From: Eledone cirrhosa
Lineage: Eukaryota
DNA: 64,000 bases
Assembly: GCA_964016885.1 (NCBI GenBank)
Contig: OZ024755.1
Coordinates: 19,034,001 to 19,098,000 of the forward strand
Direction: 5' to 3'
In this document: in pieces, positions 1-13,975 of the stretch
How the letters are laid out: each line of letters starts with the position of its first letter
Numbering within the stretch: position 1 is the stretch's first letter
Position numbers and translations under genes: made by a program
Notes under the pieces: model-generated
Told to the model about the DNA's origin: nothing
The model's database searches: none
The model's input: the letters and a program-made list of their open reading frames with translations, nothing else

Positions 1-1324
1 AGTTGTCATTACAACTTCACATTACAACTTCATGGATATGGCTGACTGACAAGTGCAACAAACCATGTTGTCTGTTAGAAGCACACCATAAAGCAGATAT
101 TGTTGACATAAGAGACTCAACAGAGAGAAATATCTAAATAAGAGAGACAGAAGTTATTAAGAAGGGGACAAAAAACAAACAAAACAAAACAAAAATAAAT
201 AGAGAAATAAGAAAGTTTTTCATTTTTTGTTTTAAGAAGAAAAATAAATATTTCTTCCACAATGTGAAACAATAATGTTGAATTTGTAATAATTTCAAAG
301 TTGTACTTGGTTTGGCAAGTGACTTGATTTGAGACTGTGTGTTAAAACTGAAGCAATCATATCTATGTCCACTTTTTCTTTATCTCATGGTGTCAACACA
401 CTTTTTATGACCTGATCACTGATTCAATTCTACTGTAATTGGCACCAATGGCCAAGTTGCAAAGATTGTAACAAAAAATTTCAACACCCTGAAATACATC
501 AAAAGTGAGTATAAGGTTGTGTGTGTGTTTTGAATATTTTAAAATACTCTTCCATTTCTGAATGTAATGCTTATATAATAAAGTAAATTATCTTTAGGTA
601 TATAGGGAGGAAAGGGAAGAGATTTTCTATTAAATGTTTTTACTTTCTTACTAATCATGCTTATGGAAGTAAATCTAATCCACATGCCACCACCACCATA
701 AATGAAACTTAAGGGTCAGTCTGCCTTGTGGCCCCGGCTGACAGGATGGAGAAGAAACAAAAAGAAAACAGTAAGGTCTTAAAGATAACTATGAAAATAA
801 ATTATGAAAGGTTAAATTCAAGAATTGAAATAGAATATGCTTTCTTTCTGTACTAAACGTATTTTAGAAGAATACTTATCTGAATTTAAGATTATTTTTT
901 ATATAACCAAATGAAACCTATCTTAAATACCTATGATAAAGTGAAGTTTCATTGAAAACTAACTCTAAAATAACTAAGCCTTCTTTAGATAATAGAGATA
1001 ATATACATTTGACATGTAATTTTAATTGGTGATTTGGAATAAAACACAAGTAGATAGAATTGCAAAAGGAAATGACAATATATTCATTGACTATGATATA
1101 TCTGATTTCGAAGTTGAATTATTTTTACAGTATCCTTAAAGAAAAATAATATCCTTAATTTTCTATTTTTCCTTTTATAGGGTCTGGGAAAGAAAATATG
1201 ACTGTTTGATATAAGAACTTGTAGAGAAGAAAAACTACAATAAGGCTACATTTAGAGATGAAAATAATTTGAAACAGCTGAATAGAACATATTTTACTGG
1301 TTAATCTTGTTGAACACATTACAT

Positions 1325-1580
1325 TCCATGTTGGTATGTACATGGATGATGATCGCTGGGAGAAGAAGTCCCAAGTAATCCTAGTGGAAGGAAGCCACAG
1401 TAGAGGAAGACCAAGGAAGATCTGGATGAAAGTGGTGAGAGTTGATCTCAGATCAGTGAAGCTCACAGAGGAGATGACAAAGAAATGCGACAAGTGGAAA
1501 GATGCTATACTGAGAAGGACCTGTCCAACCCATGCAAGTGTGGAATGATGGCTGTAAAAGAATGATGATGATGTTGATGA
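1325..1580 (+). mobile_element. 3' fragment of the same RTE LINE family
   Basis: MDDDRWEKK...RGRPRKIWMKVVRVDL...KWKDAIL followed by a (TGA)n tail; homologous to 23901-24125. Confidence 0.85.
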
Positions 1581-4500
1581 AAAACCAATAGAGTCTAGTG
1601 AGATCAACATTAACATGAAACTAAAATTACAGAAGACCTACTGACCTACTGCATTATGAAGAATAAAATCCTTCCATGAAAACTATTACAAATCGAATAT
1701 TCAATTAGTAAGAAGGGGATGGAAATATATCCCCCCACCCTTTTTAAAAAAAATAATCCTGATTATTTTCCCTAAAAAAAATGAACTAATTATTTCTGTA
1801 CACATATTTATTTTTAATTGTCTCATTGCAAAATAAATATAGAATGGGGAAAAAAAATTGCAAATATTTTGAAAGGATAGACATTAGCATATGTGAGAAA
1901 CTAGCCTGAGAGGTTTCACACAGATGCAGAAAGTGTACCACAGAATAATAAATATAAAACAATGTCAAGTTTATCTTTTTTTTTCTTTTCCTTTTTTTGG
2001 GGTTTGCAATTTTTTTGCATCTGCTTATAAATAATGAACAACATAAAACTAGTGCAGAAATTTAACACAAAAATTACAAATTAACAGACTATCTCTTTCT
2101 TTAATCCTTTTGTGACCATTTTACTAATGAAATACACGGTATTTTAATTAATTTCTGAAGAATTTGGAGGCATTTACTACAATTATTTATTATTTCGTTA
2201 TTAAAATGGTGTCTGTATTGTAACTTAACAAAAGATTCATGTATGAAATTATTTGGCAAGATTTTAATTTAAAATGGTATCTTTTAAAATTGTGGTTCTG
2301 TTTCATAGAACCAAAAATGGTTTTAGGCAGGTTGATATTATTTGAGTTAACTCAGTGCAACAAGAAAATACTTTTAATTTATGATTTATGGTTTAGGCAC
2401 AAGATGAATAATTTTGGAGGAGGGAAAAGTTGATTAAATCGACCTCAGTGCATTACTGGTACTTTATTTTATCGACCCCATAAAAATGAAAGGCAAAGCT
2501 AACCTCAGCAGGATTTGAACTCAGAATGTAAAGAGACGTTACTATATTCTGCAAATGTAAACTATATATTTGCATATATCTCTCAACTTAATATTTAAAC
2601 AAAATTAAGTAGTTTCATTTCTCTTCAATCAGTGGCATTGTAAAAATAAATGAAAAAAGGCTTGTAAAAATAAATGAAAAAATAGAATACCAATAAACAT
2701 ATTGATTTCTTACAATGATCTAAATTATTTTATTTTATCAACCCTAGAAGGATCGCTTGAACTTGAAACATAAATATGTATAATTAAACAGAAAACCTTT
2801 TGTCCAGCATTCTACCAATATGTCATCTACCATAAAATATTATTATTATCCAAAACACACAGATTAATAGAGTTTTTGAATAAAAAACAAACAAAAACAA
2901 GATCACCGCAAAATTGTGTTTACATTGCACTCTAGCATGGCTGATAAAATAATATGGTAGCTTGGAATCAACTAAATAAATTATATTTTTCATTTTATTA
3001 CAGAAGGGCACTTGTTCTTAAAAAAATGACTATTTCCAAACTGCCTTGAGGTTGATGACAATAGTGTGAGAGAGAATGTGTCTTCATTTACACATTTAAG
3101 TAATTTGTATGATAAAATGTTCCAAACCCAGTAAGGGTGTCGACCTGATTCTGTATCATCAAAATAAAATAAGTGTTTCACCATTAACAGCTCATAATCA
3201 ATTTGGATTAGGAAATGGTAAAACATTATTTATTTGCTTGAAAAGAGACAAGCAAAGCCTTCTCAATTAAGATCAGATGACATGCTGACATCAACATCAC
3301 CAACATCATCATCATCAAGAAAAGCATTTTCCAATCAATAAATATCCATGCTCAAATATCCTATTGGTTGCTAAGCAAAGGACACAGGGAGTTATGTAAA
3401 CAATGAAGGATGTGTGACTTTGATGAGGCAAAAACACGGATCTAATCTTTATTTAAACAACATAAATCAGTATAACAGAAATAGATATTTAGACATACTT
3501 TAATGATGCTGAGAAAATATGGAGTGTTTATATTAGAGCACCAAATAAAATATTATGTGAAATGTTAGAAATAGGGCTTGTAGAGCTGAGTTTACAATCT
3601 GATACATTACATTATACAATTATATTTTACAGTTACTCATAACGTTTTCTTTCTAATGGTACTTTTTGTATTTTTACAACTTTTCCTATCTTCTATGGAG
3701 AAACTATTATCAGACAATACATTATACATGGTAAAGGGGACTCTTTAGTGTTGCTACAATGTTGACAGAATAATAAAACACACCCAGTTGATGCATGAAA
3801 GTACTTGATGATAGAAATGATCCCTAGCTATAAAACACCCTACCCTACCCCACCCCACCAGCCCTAAACAAGGAATAAAGAAGCAAATAAATAAAGACTA
3901 CATGGACAGTGCAAACAGTTCTGCAGACAACACAATCTAAGAGGATATTAACTCTGTATAAGAAGTGATATTACAGAGTAGAGAGGTCTTGTTAGTTCTA
4001 CAGGCAAGCTCTCTCAGGTACCATTGACATAATAAAAATACACATTGTTCACACTGTGAACTAGATGAAATACTTTAAAGCCCATCCAATCTATGCAAGC
4101 ATGGAAAAAATAGAGTAATGATTTAGCAGAAAACATCTAAAAACAGGTTTGTTAATTCAAATGTTTACCGTAACTTTATTACTGAACAGATTGTGAAACT
4201 TTTCTGTTTTAGTATAAAGGTCTAAATTTTTCATGTAATACAGTCAGAGTGTTCTTTTGTACTTTTTAAGAATGGCTCACTAATATGGAAATTATGAGTT
4301 AATAGGAAATTTCGATATGACCAGTAAACAATTCTTTCACCAAATAAAATATCATAAATGACAAACTAATATATCTCAAATAAAGAAATGGCCAAACAAA
4401 AGATTGGGAAGACTCTTCAATTAGCCTCTCTAGTGTTGATGGTTTATACAAAAAAAACACCCAATAAATTGGTTGAGGATAGGAAGGGTTTCCACCAGAA

Positions 4501-6974
4501 GAAAACCTACCAAGCAAAGGGTTGGAAGGAAGTCATGAGAACCTCCTTAGTGCTGGTATCATGATAAAATGCACTCAGTAGTGTGTAGAATCATATGTGA
4601 GTTATGGCCACTAGTTTTGGTTGGTTTGGTATCGAAAGGGTTAAGTCATTTTTGTAATTCACAAAAAAGACAGCTGAATCTAGTACCCTTAAGAATACTT
4701 TAATCTCTCTCAAATCCAGAAAAAGCTTTTAATGAAACTTTTTTTCTTTCTTAAATATATTTACATATATTTAAATAACTTAAAATAATTTAATATATTG
4801 TCTTATGATCATAAAGAATAAATAATTTTATATAAATAGCAATAATTGAAATTATTTAAAATTTGATGAAGAAAAAAAATCTTAAAATTCCATTTTTCTT
4901 CTGAATTTTTTAATATGCTCTGTGGTTTTCTTCACTTCACTGGAACAAGAATTTAATAAATTTGTAAACTGCTCCTTGTAACTTTGAATTTAGTGTGAAA
5001 TATCAAAAGAAAAGTTCATTATAATATAAAGAGCTGAGAAGAAAAAGAAAATATAAATAAACAAATCAAAGAAAATTTTGAAGTGGATTTGTAAAATGGT
5101 TTTTAAAATATGGAAGGCAAAAGAAAAAAAAAAGGAGAGGGGCATGTGATAAAAATAAAAAATATTTACTAAATGAATGTAATGAGTTATAAAACCAGTC
5201 AATTGAAGATTTGCTTCTTCTAAAAAAAAAAATGTCATGAATCAGAAGAACTTGAGTTATTGCTTTCACATTTAACATTTTCAAGCCAAATTGCTATAAA
5301 TCACCAGGCAACAAGAAGAGCTTTTGAGATAAAACAATGAACTAACAGGTTCCTTTTTGCTACTTAAAACACTACTAAATACCTTTGGCTGTTATTAAAA
5401 ATGTTATAAATCTGTGCCCAGAACTTCATTTTGGTTTTAAAGTTTAGACCATGAATCATCAGAAAAGCAAATCAAAACAGTAATCTGTTGACTATGAGAT
5501 GGCCTTATCTGGTTTGAATGATATAGGGAATAGCAAATATGATCTAATAGATTATTTGCCTTACAGAGATTTTCAAAATATATTACAAATGTCAATGAAT
5601 TGAGCTTGGATTGCAGTGAAAAAACAAAGTTTTTCAATTGAAGATAATAGGGATCAAATATTTAAATGCATGTGTGTGACATATATATATATATATATGG
5701 TGGCTGCCAACTCGTTTTCGAGTACGGACACTACTTTATATCCATGTAGGAGAACCCCTACCGATGCGCTGAACGAGTGTGACTTTTCAGTCCGGCCAGC
5801 GACTTGAAAACTTTGGTACAAACACTACACTTGTGACAATTATTGACACATAATGCTGGGCCCATGGTACCATGTGACGACAAGTGCAGAGAGATCTCCA
5901 GATATAAAGCAATGCCTGTGCCGTGAAGCTTTTATAGTGAGCAAAGGCACTGCACAAAGCCATTCCCACTCTCTTAACCAAGATGATATTTACCAAAAAG
6001 AAGAACAAGTCAACATCATTGGATACCATCAGGGTTGCAGGTGTTATACACATATATATATATCAAGCCAGATCAGTTCCTGTATGAGCAAGGCATGGTC
6101 AGCCGACCAGACACTGCCCACAACAGGACAACCCGTCTAACCCATGCTAGCGTGGAAGAACGGACGTAAAACGGTGATGATGATGATGATGATGATATAT
6201 CTGAGGAGCTATTGATTACAGGGTCAGACTCAATCGTGGTCGATTGTACTTTGAACTGAATAACAATGAAACATGTGTCATGTGTGAATAAAATATGTAT
6301 ATGAGGCAGTATCCTATAGTACATGTTGAATACTAACACATGAAAGTGATTAAAGATAACAACAATATTTGAATAATACATTTCTAGGATATGATTACAT
6401 AAATGTTCAGAATATATTTACCAATAAGATACAGGATTAAATGTATAAGTAATTTTGGAGATAGAAAAGAACAAATGTAAGGGAGAACCCAGGATATTGC
6501 AATTAGAAAGTGAACTTATTGTAACAACACACATTCTGTATGATAGTTAGTTGAATCAGGAAGGGTATTTATCCATAGAAATCATACCAAATATGGAATA
6601 TATGAGTAAGATGAGATCTCGCTGACTCATCTAGTCTTAGATAATCTCAAACTTATCCCATCCATGCTTGCAAGGGTGGGACGGGAACTGATTCTAGCTT
6701 GATTTCTACAGCTGGATGCCCTTCCTAACACCAACTTCATTTACAGTGAGTGCTGGGTGCTTTTTTTGCCATGGCACCTCCACGACCACTTTGCAGTGGA
6801 ATGATATGGACCCCAGTCCCTATCATCTCATTTCTACAGCTGAGTAAACTGGAGCAATGTGAAAATAAAGTGTCTTGCTCAATGAAACAACACATCACCC
6901 GGTCTGAGAATTGAACTCACAACCTTTCGATTGCAAGGCCAATACTCTAACCACTAAGCCATGTGCCTTCATCA

Positions 6975-7015
<41 letters not shown>

Positions 7016-7900
7016 AGTGCGCATGTGTATGCAGTAGCTAAAATTTACAGTTGGTATATATGTATGTATGTGTGTGTGTCACTGCATATATGCATATATG
7101 TGTGTCTACATATTGTATTGACAATATTTCAAAGATGGCGTCAACATCCTTTGTTTATGTACTCCACAAACAATATGTCCTGAAATGCAATATGTAGTTT
7201 AACTAACCTCAACACTATATGCTGTGCTTAAAAATAAAGCATGGGTTAGCATCAAGAAAGACATCCATGCACCTAGTTGTAGAAACACAACCACAAAGAG
7301 ACTTGTTCAACTTCTGCAAGCATGGAAAATCATATGTAAAAACAATGATGATGGTGATATTGAAAATTTTGAATGCAGGAGTTTATTCAAATGACAGTTG
7401 TTCTTATATCACCACAGTTTAAAACAAATAAATGTTGTCATAAGTGAAAGGAAGCAAGTTGTGAGTAAAAAGTTATATAAAAAAAAACAACTTATAAGTG
7501 AACTATCATATAAACAAGATAAAATACGTCAATTAGAAAAAATAGCTATTCAATAAACGTTAATTGGTATCACTTAAACTGTTTTACATAAACTTTAGGA
7601 AATAACATCAAAAGAAGACTTTTGAAAAATATCATTGCTCAGGAATTGATCTTTTAAAATGTTTATTATTTATACTGCATTCTACTTGTTTAAAAATCAA
7701 TAATTTATTGGCAGGTTCTAAAATGTAGAAATGTTGCCAATTTGAAAAATCTGCACAGAATCTGGCAACAGTACCGGAGTATTAAGATCAGTTTGAAGAC
7801 TAATCAGGAAGAAATCTCAACAGATGAAAGGGTTAATTCATTTACATGTGCATGAATAAATTATCAGGTTATATATTTCCGGGGCTGGTTGGTTATTCAA

Positions 7901-7970
<70 letters not shown>

Positions 7971-8166
7971 CACCCTTGCAAGCAGGGAAAAGCGGACGTA
8001 AAATGATGATGATGATGATGATGATGATGATATCATCATCATCATCGTTGTTTTACAGCCACTTTCCATGCTGGCTTGGGTTGGATAGTTTGTTACATTC
8101 TGAGTCTCTAATAGTCATGTGACCATGTCTAGCTCATATGTTCCATTTCTAGTATGGTTTCTAAAG

Positions 8167-8340
8167 CTGGGTGCATTTTATTGTGGCACCAGCACTACCA
8201 CTGTACAGGGTGAACTGGGTGCATGTTTTTGTGGCATCAGCACTATCACTTTATAGAGTAAACTAGGTGTATTTTATCATGACACCAGCACTACCACTTT
8301 ACAGAGTGAACTGGGAACATTTTATTGTGGCACTATCACT
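8167..8340. repeat. Degenerate ~48-bp tandem repeat, about 3.5 copies
   Basis: ctgggtgcattttattgtggcaccagcactaccact-type units. Confidence 0.8.
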
Positions 8341-8489
8341 AGACAACTGTCACTTACAATCAATTATGACTTGGTACTAATTATGTACTCCGCTTTTGCT
8401 AAAAAGTTTTAGGTGTCCATGCATCTATTTTAAAATCGATATATATATATTATATGCAATATTTTACATACAGCTTTCACTACTGGACA

Positions 8490-8812
8490 TACTACTTCAT
8501 CAGCTTTTGACTGGAGATCTTGAGGAATTCATCAACTCTCAACTGGAGATCTCAAAGACTTCTATCAGGACTGGAGATTTCAAGGAATTTATCAGCTCCC
8601 AACTGAAGATCTCAATGATTACATCAACTGCTAACTGGACATCTCAAGGGTTACATCAGCTCTCAACTGGAGATCTCAAAGACTTCATCAGGACTGGAGA
8701 TTTCAAGGAATTTATCAGCTCCCAACTGAAGATCTCAAGGATTACATCAACTGCCAACTGGACATCTCAAGGGTTACATCAGCTCTCAACTGGAGATCTC
8801 AAAGATTTCATC
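8490..8812. repeat. Tandem repeat, ~32-bp subunits within a 123-bp higher-order unit
   Basis: ctggagatttcaaggaattt recurs at 8571 and 8694. Confidence 0.85.
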
Positions 8813-9352
8813 CCCTTCAAACAGTATTAATTCCTTCAGCGGTGCCAAACAGCATTGATGCTACCAGAGAATGTCCAGATTGTTTTGGCTAACTCTGTAT
8901 ATTTAAACATCTACTTATTTGTAAATATCAGTTTACATAAAATAAATTTGTTAAAAATAAATCTACCATATGACCATTTACATTAAACAACTGTTGATGT
9001 ATCAGAATATCTATTTCTATCCCAGTTTTATTTTGTCTTGTCTTTTTATAATAGATAAACCATCCACTTTAAAATATTTCTTTACTTTTATTTCTTTCTC
9101 TTCTCAAATAAATAAATCAAATAATAACTGATGGTAAATAAATATCTAGTAAAGTGTTGAAACCTTTTATTTCAATGTCCACACATAAACTCCAAATAAA
9201 ATAAACATAGAGTATGGTAAAATATATTTAACCTTTGGAAAATATAACATTTAATTAAAAACAAGAAAAATATTCTATTTGAAAATTTGTCACAATTTGT
9301 TTTTCTATCATTTAACAAACTATTTTGTGCGTGTGTGTGGGGGTGTGTGAGT

Positions 9353-9383
<31 letters not shown>

Positions 9384-9632
9384 GGGTAATTGTAGTGTTA
9401 TACTAATATAAACATAGGTACAGGGCATGGCTATGTGGTTAAGAAGTTCACTTTGCAGCCATGTGGTTTGGGATTAAGTTCCTTTGCAAAGCTCTTTAGA
9501 CAAGTGTCTTCTTCTCTAGCCATACAGATACTGTGTAGGAGCCTGTCATGTGTGATTGTGTGTGTATTTGAGCTTATTGCTTATGTCCCATAATTTAGTG
9601 GTTCTACACATAGAGATTGTTAAAGTAAGTAC

Positions 9633-12218
9633 TGGGGTTGATATGACTGACTAAATTGATGGGGTTGATATGACTGACCAAATTGATGGGGTTGATATGA
9701 CTGACCAAATTGATGGGGTTGATATGACTGACCAAATTGATGGGGTTGATATGACTGACTAAATTGATGGGGTTGATATGACTGACTAAATTGATGGGGT
9801 TGATATGACTGACCAAATTGATGGGGTTCATTTGACTGACTAAATTGATGGGGTTGATTTGACTGACTAAATTGATGGGGTTGATATGACTGACCAAATT
9901 GATGGGGTTGATATGACTGACTAAATTGATGGGGTTGATTTGACTGACCAAATTGATGGGGTTGATATGACTGACCAAATTGATGGGGTTGATATGACTG
10001 ACTAAATTGATGGGGTTGATATGACTGACTAAATTGATGGGGTTGATATGACTGACCAAATTGATGGGGTTGATATGACTGACTAAATTGATGGGGTTGA
10101 TTTGACTGACCAAATTGATGGGGTTGATATGACTGACCAAATTGATGGGGTTGATATGACTGACCAAATTGATGGGGTTGATATGACTGACCAAATTGAT
10201 GGGGTTGATTTGACTGACCAAATTGATGGGGTTGATATGACTGACTAAATTGATGGGGTTGATATGACTGACTAAATTGATGGGGTTGATATGACTGACC
10301 AAATTGATGGGGTTGATATGACTGACTAAATTGATGGGGTTGATATGACTGACCAAATTGATGGGGTTGATATGACTGACTAAATTGATGGGGTTGATAT
10401 GACTGACTAAATTGATGGGATTGATATGACTGACCAAATTGATGGGGTTGATATGACTGACCAAATTGATGGGGTTGATATGACTGACTAAATTGATGGG
10501 GTTGATATGACTGACCAAATTGATGGGGTTGATATGACTGACTAAATTGATGGGGTTGATATGACTGACTAAATTGATGGGGTTGATATGACTGACTAAA
10601 TTGATGGGGTTGATATGACTGACCAAATTGATGGGGTTGATATGAGTGACTAAATTGATGGGGTTGATATGACTGACCAAATTGATGGGGTTGATATGAC
10701 TGACCAAATTGATGGGGTTGATATGACTGACCAAATTGATGGGGTTGATATGACTGACTAAATTGATGGGGTTGATATGACTGACCAAATTGATGGGGTT
10801 GATATGACTGACTAAATTGATGGGGTTGATATGACTGACCAAATTGATGGGGTTGATATGACTGACTAAATTGATGGGGTTGATATGACTGACTAAATTG
10901 ATGGGGTTGATATGACTGACCAAATTGATGGGGTTGATATGACTGACCAAATTGATGGGGTTGATATGACTGACCAAATTGATGGGGTTGATATGACTGA
11001 CTAAATTGATGGGGTTGATATGACTGACTAAATTGATGGGGTTGATATGACTGACCAAATTGATGGGGTTGATATGACTGACTAAATTGATGGGGTTGAT
11101 ATGACTGACCAAATTGATGGGGTTGATATGACTGACCAAATTGATGGGGTTGATATGACTGACTAAATTGATGGGGTTGATATGACTGACTAAATTGATG
11201 GGGTTGATATGACTGACTAAATTGATGGGGTTGATATGACTGACCAAATTGATGGGGTTGATATGACTGACTAAATTGATGGGGTTGATATGACTGACTA
11301 AATTGATGGGGTTGATATGACTGACCAAATTGATGGGGTTGATATGACTGACTAAATTGATGGGGTTGATATGACTGACCAAATTGATGGGGTTGATATG
11401 ACTGACTAAATTGATGGGGTTGATATGACTGACTAAATTGATGGGGTTGATATGACTGACTAAATTGATGGGGTTGATATGACTGACTAAATTGATGGGG
11501 TTGATATGACTGACTAAATTGATGGGGTTGATATGACTGACTAAATTGATGGGGTTGATATGACTGACCAAATTGATGGGGTTGATATGACTGACCAAAT
11601 TGATGGGGTTGATATGACTGACCAAATTGATGGGGTTGATATGACTGACCAAATTGATGGGGTTGATATGACTGACCAAATTGATGGGGTTGATATGACT
11701 GACCAAATTGATGGGGTTAATATGACTGACCAAATTGATGGGGTTGATATGACTGACTAAATTGATGGGGTTGATATGACTGACCAAATTGATGGGGTTG
11801 ATTTGACTGACCAAATTGATGGGGTTGATATGACTGACCAAATTGATGGGGTTGATATGACTGACTAAATTGATGGGGTTGATATGACTGACCAAATTGA
11901 TGGGGTTGATTTGACTGACCAAATTGATGGGGTTGATATGACTGACCAAATTGATGGGGTTGATATGACTGACTAAATTGATGGGGTTGATATGACTGAC
12001 CAAATTGATGGGGTTGATTTGACTGACCAAATTGATGGGGTTGATATGACTGACTAAATTGATGGGGTTGATATGACTGACCAAATTGATGGGGTTGATT
12101 TGACTGACCAAATTGATGGGGTTGATATGACTGACTAAATTGATGGGGTTGATATGACTGACCAAATTGATGGGGTTGATTTGACTGACCAAATTGATGG
12201 GGTTGACATGATCAAATT
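9633..12218. repeat. 27-bp minisatellite, ~95 copies (gatggggttgatatgactgacYaaatt)
   Basis: Directly visible, highly homogeneous tandem array. Confidence 0.98.
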
Positions 12219-12717
12219 CACCCAGTTCACCCTGTAAAGTGGTAGTGCTGATGCCACAATAAAATGCACCCAGAAGGCAGTACTCCAGCATGGTTGCAGT
12301 CTCATGACTGAAGCCATTAAATGACAGCAATAACATTGAATGCATGCCATTTTTAGAGTCCAGGATTGATATGTCATATACACCATGACATATGAGCAAG
12401 CATACAAACTGGGAAATTTGTGTTTTGATATCTTACTGGTTTGCATAAGAGAGACTCATATGGAAGTGATTAAAGATAAAAATGATATGGAAACACAGTT
12501 GCCTTGGTCTGATCTGAGGATCACCTCCTTTCCCCTTTTTTTGTTTATTCATTTCTAAACATTTTCTGTTTTTATCAGGCATTTGTATTAACGCCATGTT
12601 GGACACATTATGAAGAGAATCTATTATATATATATATTATTTGTATAAGTTATTCTGGGTTGAATTGGCTGTGTACCACAGTAAGTAAGGTACTCAATAC
12701 ATAGCAGAGTATAAATG

Positions 12718-12966
12718 TTTTAATATAGAAGAGCTTCTACAGGACTAGAACTGTTTCATTTGTGAGAAATCATCAGAGCTTCCTGATGATTTCTCACGAA
12801 TGAAACAGTTCTAGTCCTGTAGAAGCTCTTCTATATTAAAATATATATTATTTATATAGAAATGACTTATACAGGGCTAGAACTTTCATTCGTATGAAAT
12901 CATTAGGATGATTTCATACGAATGTAACAGTTCTAGTGCTGTAGAAGTCATTTCTAGATAAAATAA
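12718..12966. repeat. Two adjacent related hairpins (arms ~55-59 bp)
   Basis: 12718-12776 pairs with 12783-12841 (one mismatch). 12848-12966 is a second, more diverged hairpin of related sequence. Confidence 0.9.
12775..12829 (+). ncRNA. Type I hammerhead ribozyme fold (Penelope-like element / retrozyme type)
   Basis: Stem I AGAGCTTC (12775-82) / GAAGCTCT (12822-29); core CTGATGA (12783-89); stem II T-TTC-tcac-GAA-T; GAAA (12802-05); stem III CAG-ttctagtc-CTG; cleavage triplet GUA ending at 12821. Confidence 0.8.
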
Positions 12967-13000
12967 AATATACTTATATACATATACTTATATATATATA

Positions 13001-13052
<52 letters not shown>

Positions 13053-13298
13053 GTAATAATAATAAATTTGAAGACTAAAATCCAAAGAGGGCTCGATAAG
13101 GATAAATATATATCAAATATATAAGAACTGTAGAGCAAATAAATATATATATATATATATAATCATCGTCATCATCATTGTTTAACGTCCATCTTCCACG
13201 CTAGCATGGATTAGACGGTTTTGTTCCATTTAATGCAGGAATGGTCGGGAGACGATGTCTTACTCGCACAGAAGCGTCTTTGGCAGGTTTTTTTACAG

Positions 13299-13360
<62 letters not shown>

Positions 13361-13389
13361 TATATACACACACACACACACATATATAT

Positions 13390-13420
<31 letters not shown>

Positions 13421-13470
13421 AACACACACACACACATTATATATATATAGAGAGAGAGAGAGAGAGCGAG

Positions 13471-13513
<43 letters not shown>

Positions 13514-13910
13514 TATTTAATTATGTCTCATATAAAATAATTGTTTCTACGTTTGGCACAAAGCCAGCAATAACCCAGTGCATTACTGGTACTTTATTTT
13601 ATCGACCCTGTAAGGATGAAAGGCAAAGTTAACCTCAGCGGAATTTGAACTCAGAATGGCAAGGGCCGTAACTCTATACGTCAAAGCATGGCGTCCGACC
13701 CTCTACACAACTGGCTATCCTCAAAATACGTATAGTTAGCACCCCAAACGTATAATTTGGATTATACTAAGGTATATCCTAATGTTTGTTGAGTGAGATG
13801 GAAGTCGATCGGAGTATTGCTTAAAGCTTTCTCTGTTAATGTATTAAGTATATATATATATATATATATACGATATTAATAAATGGAAACTATATTTATA
13901 AAACCATATT

Positions 13911-13975
13911 TATTTCATTATACATATTTCAGGGATACCACATTAAATTATGGTATGCCTTCATCAGACAAAATA
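13911..13975 (-). ncRNA. Minimal type I hammerhead fold, inverted twin of 14099-14163
   Basis: Reverse-complement copy with the same core and stems. Loop III reads ATGT, which is near-palindromic. Confidence 0.65.

Noticed and set aside
1-215. Strong minus-strand pyrimidine tract and acceptor at 134/133
   Set aside because: All three frames reach stops within the window and no donor is seen; cannot be supported as a coding exon.
9604-12399. 931-aa ORF of INPINLVSH repeats
   Set aside because: Product of a 27-bp (9-codon) minisatellite inside a SINE; non-ATG start, repeat-derived flanks and no convincing splice signals.
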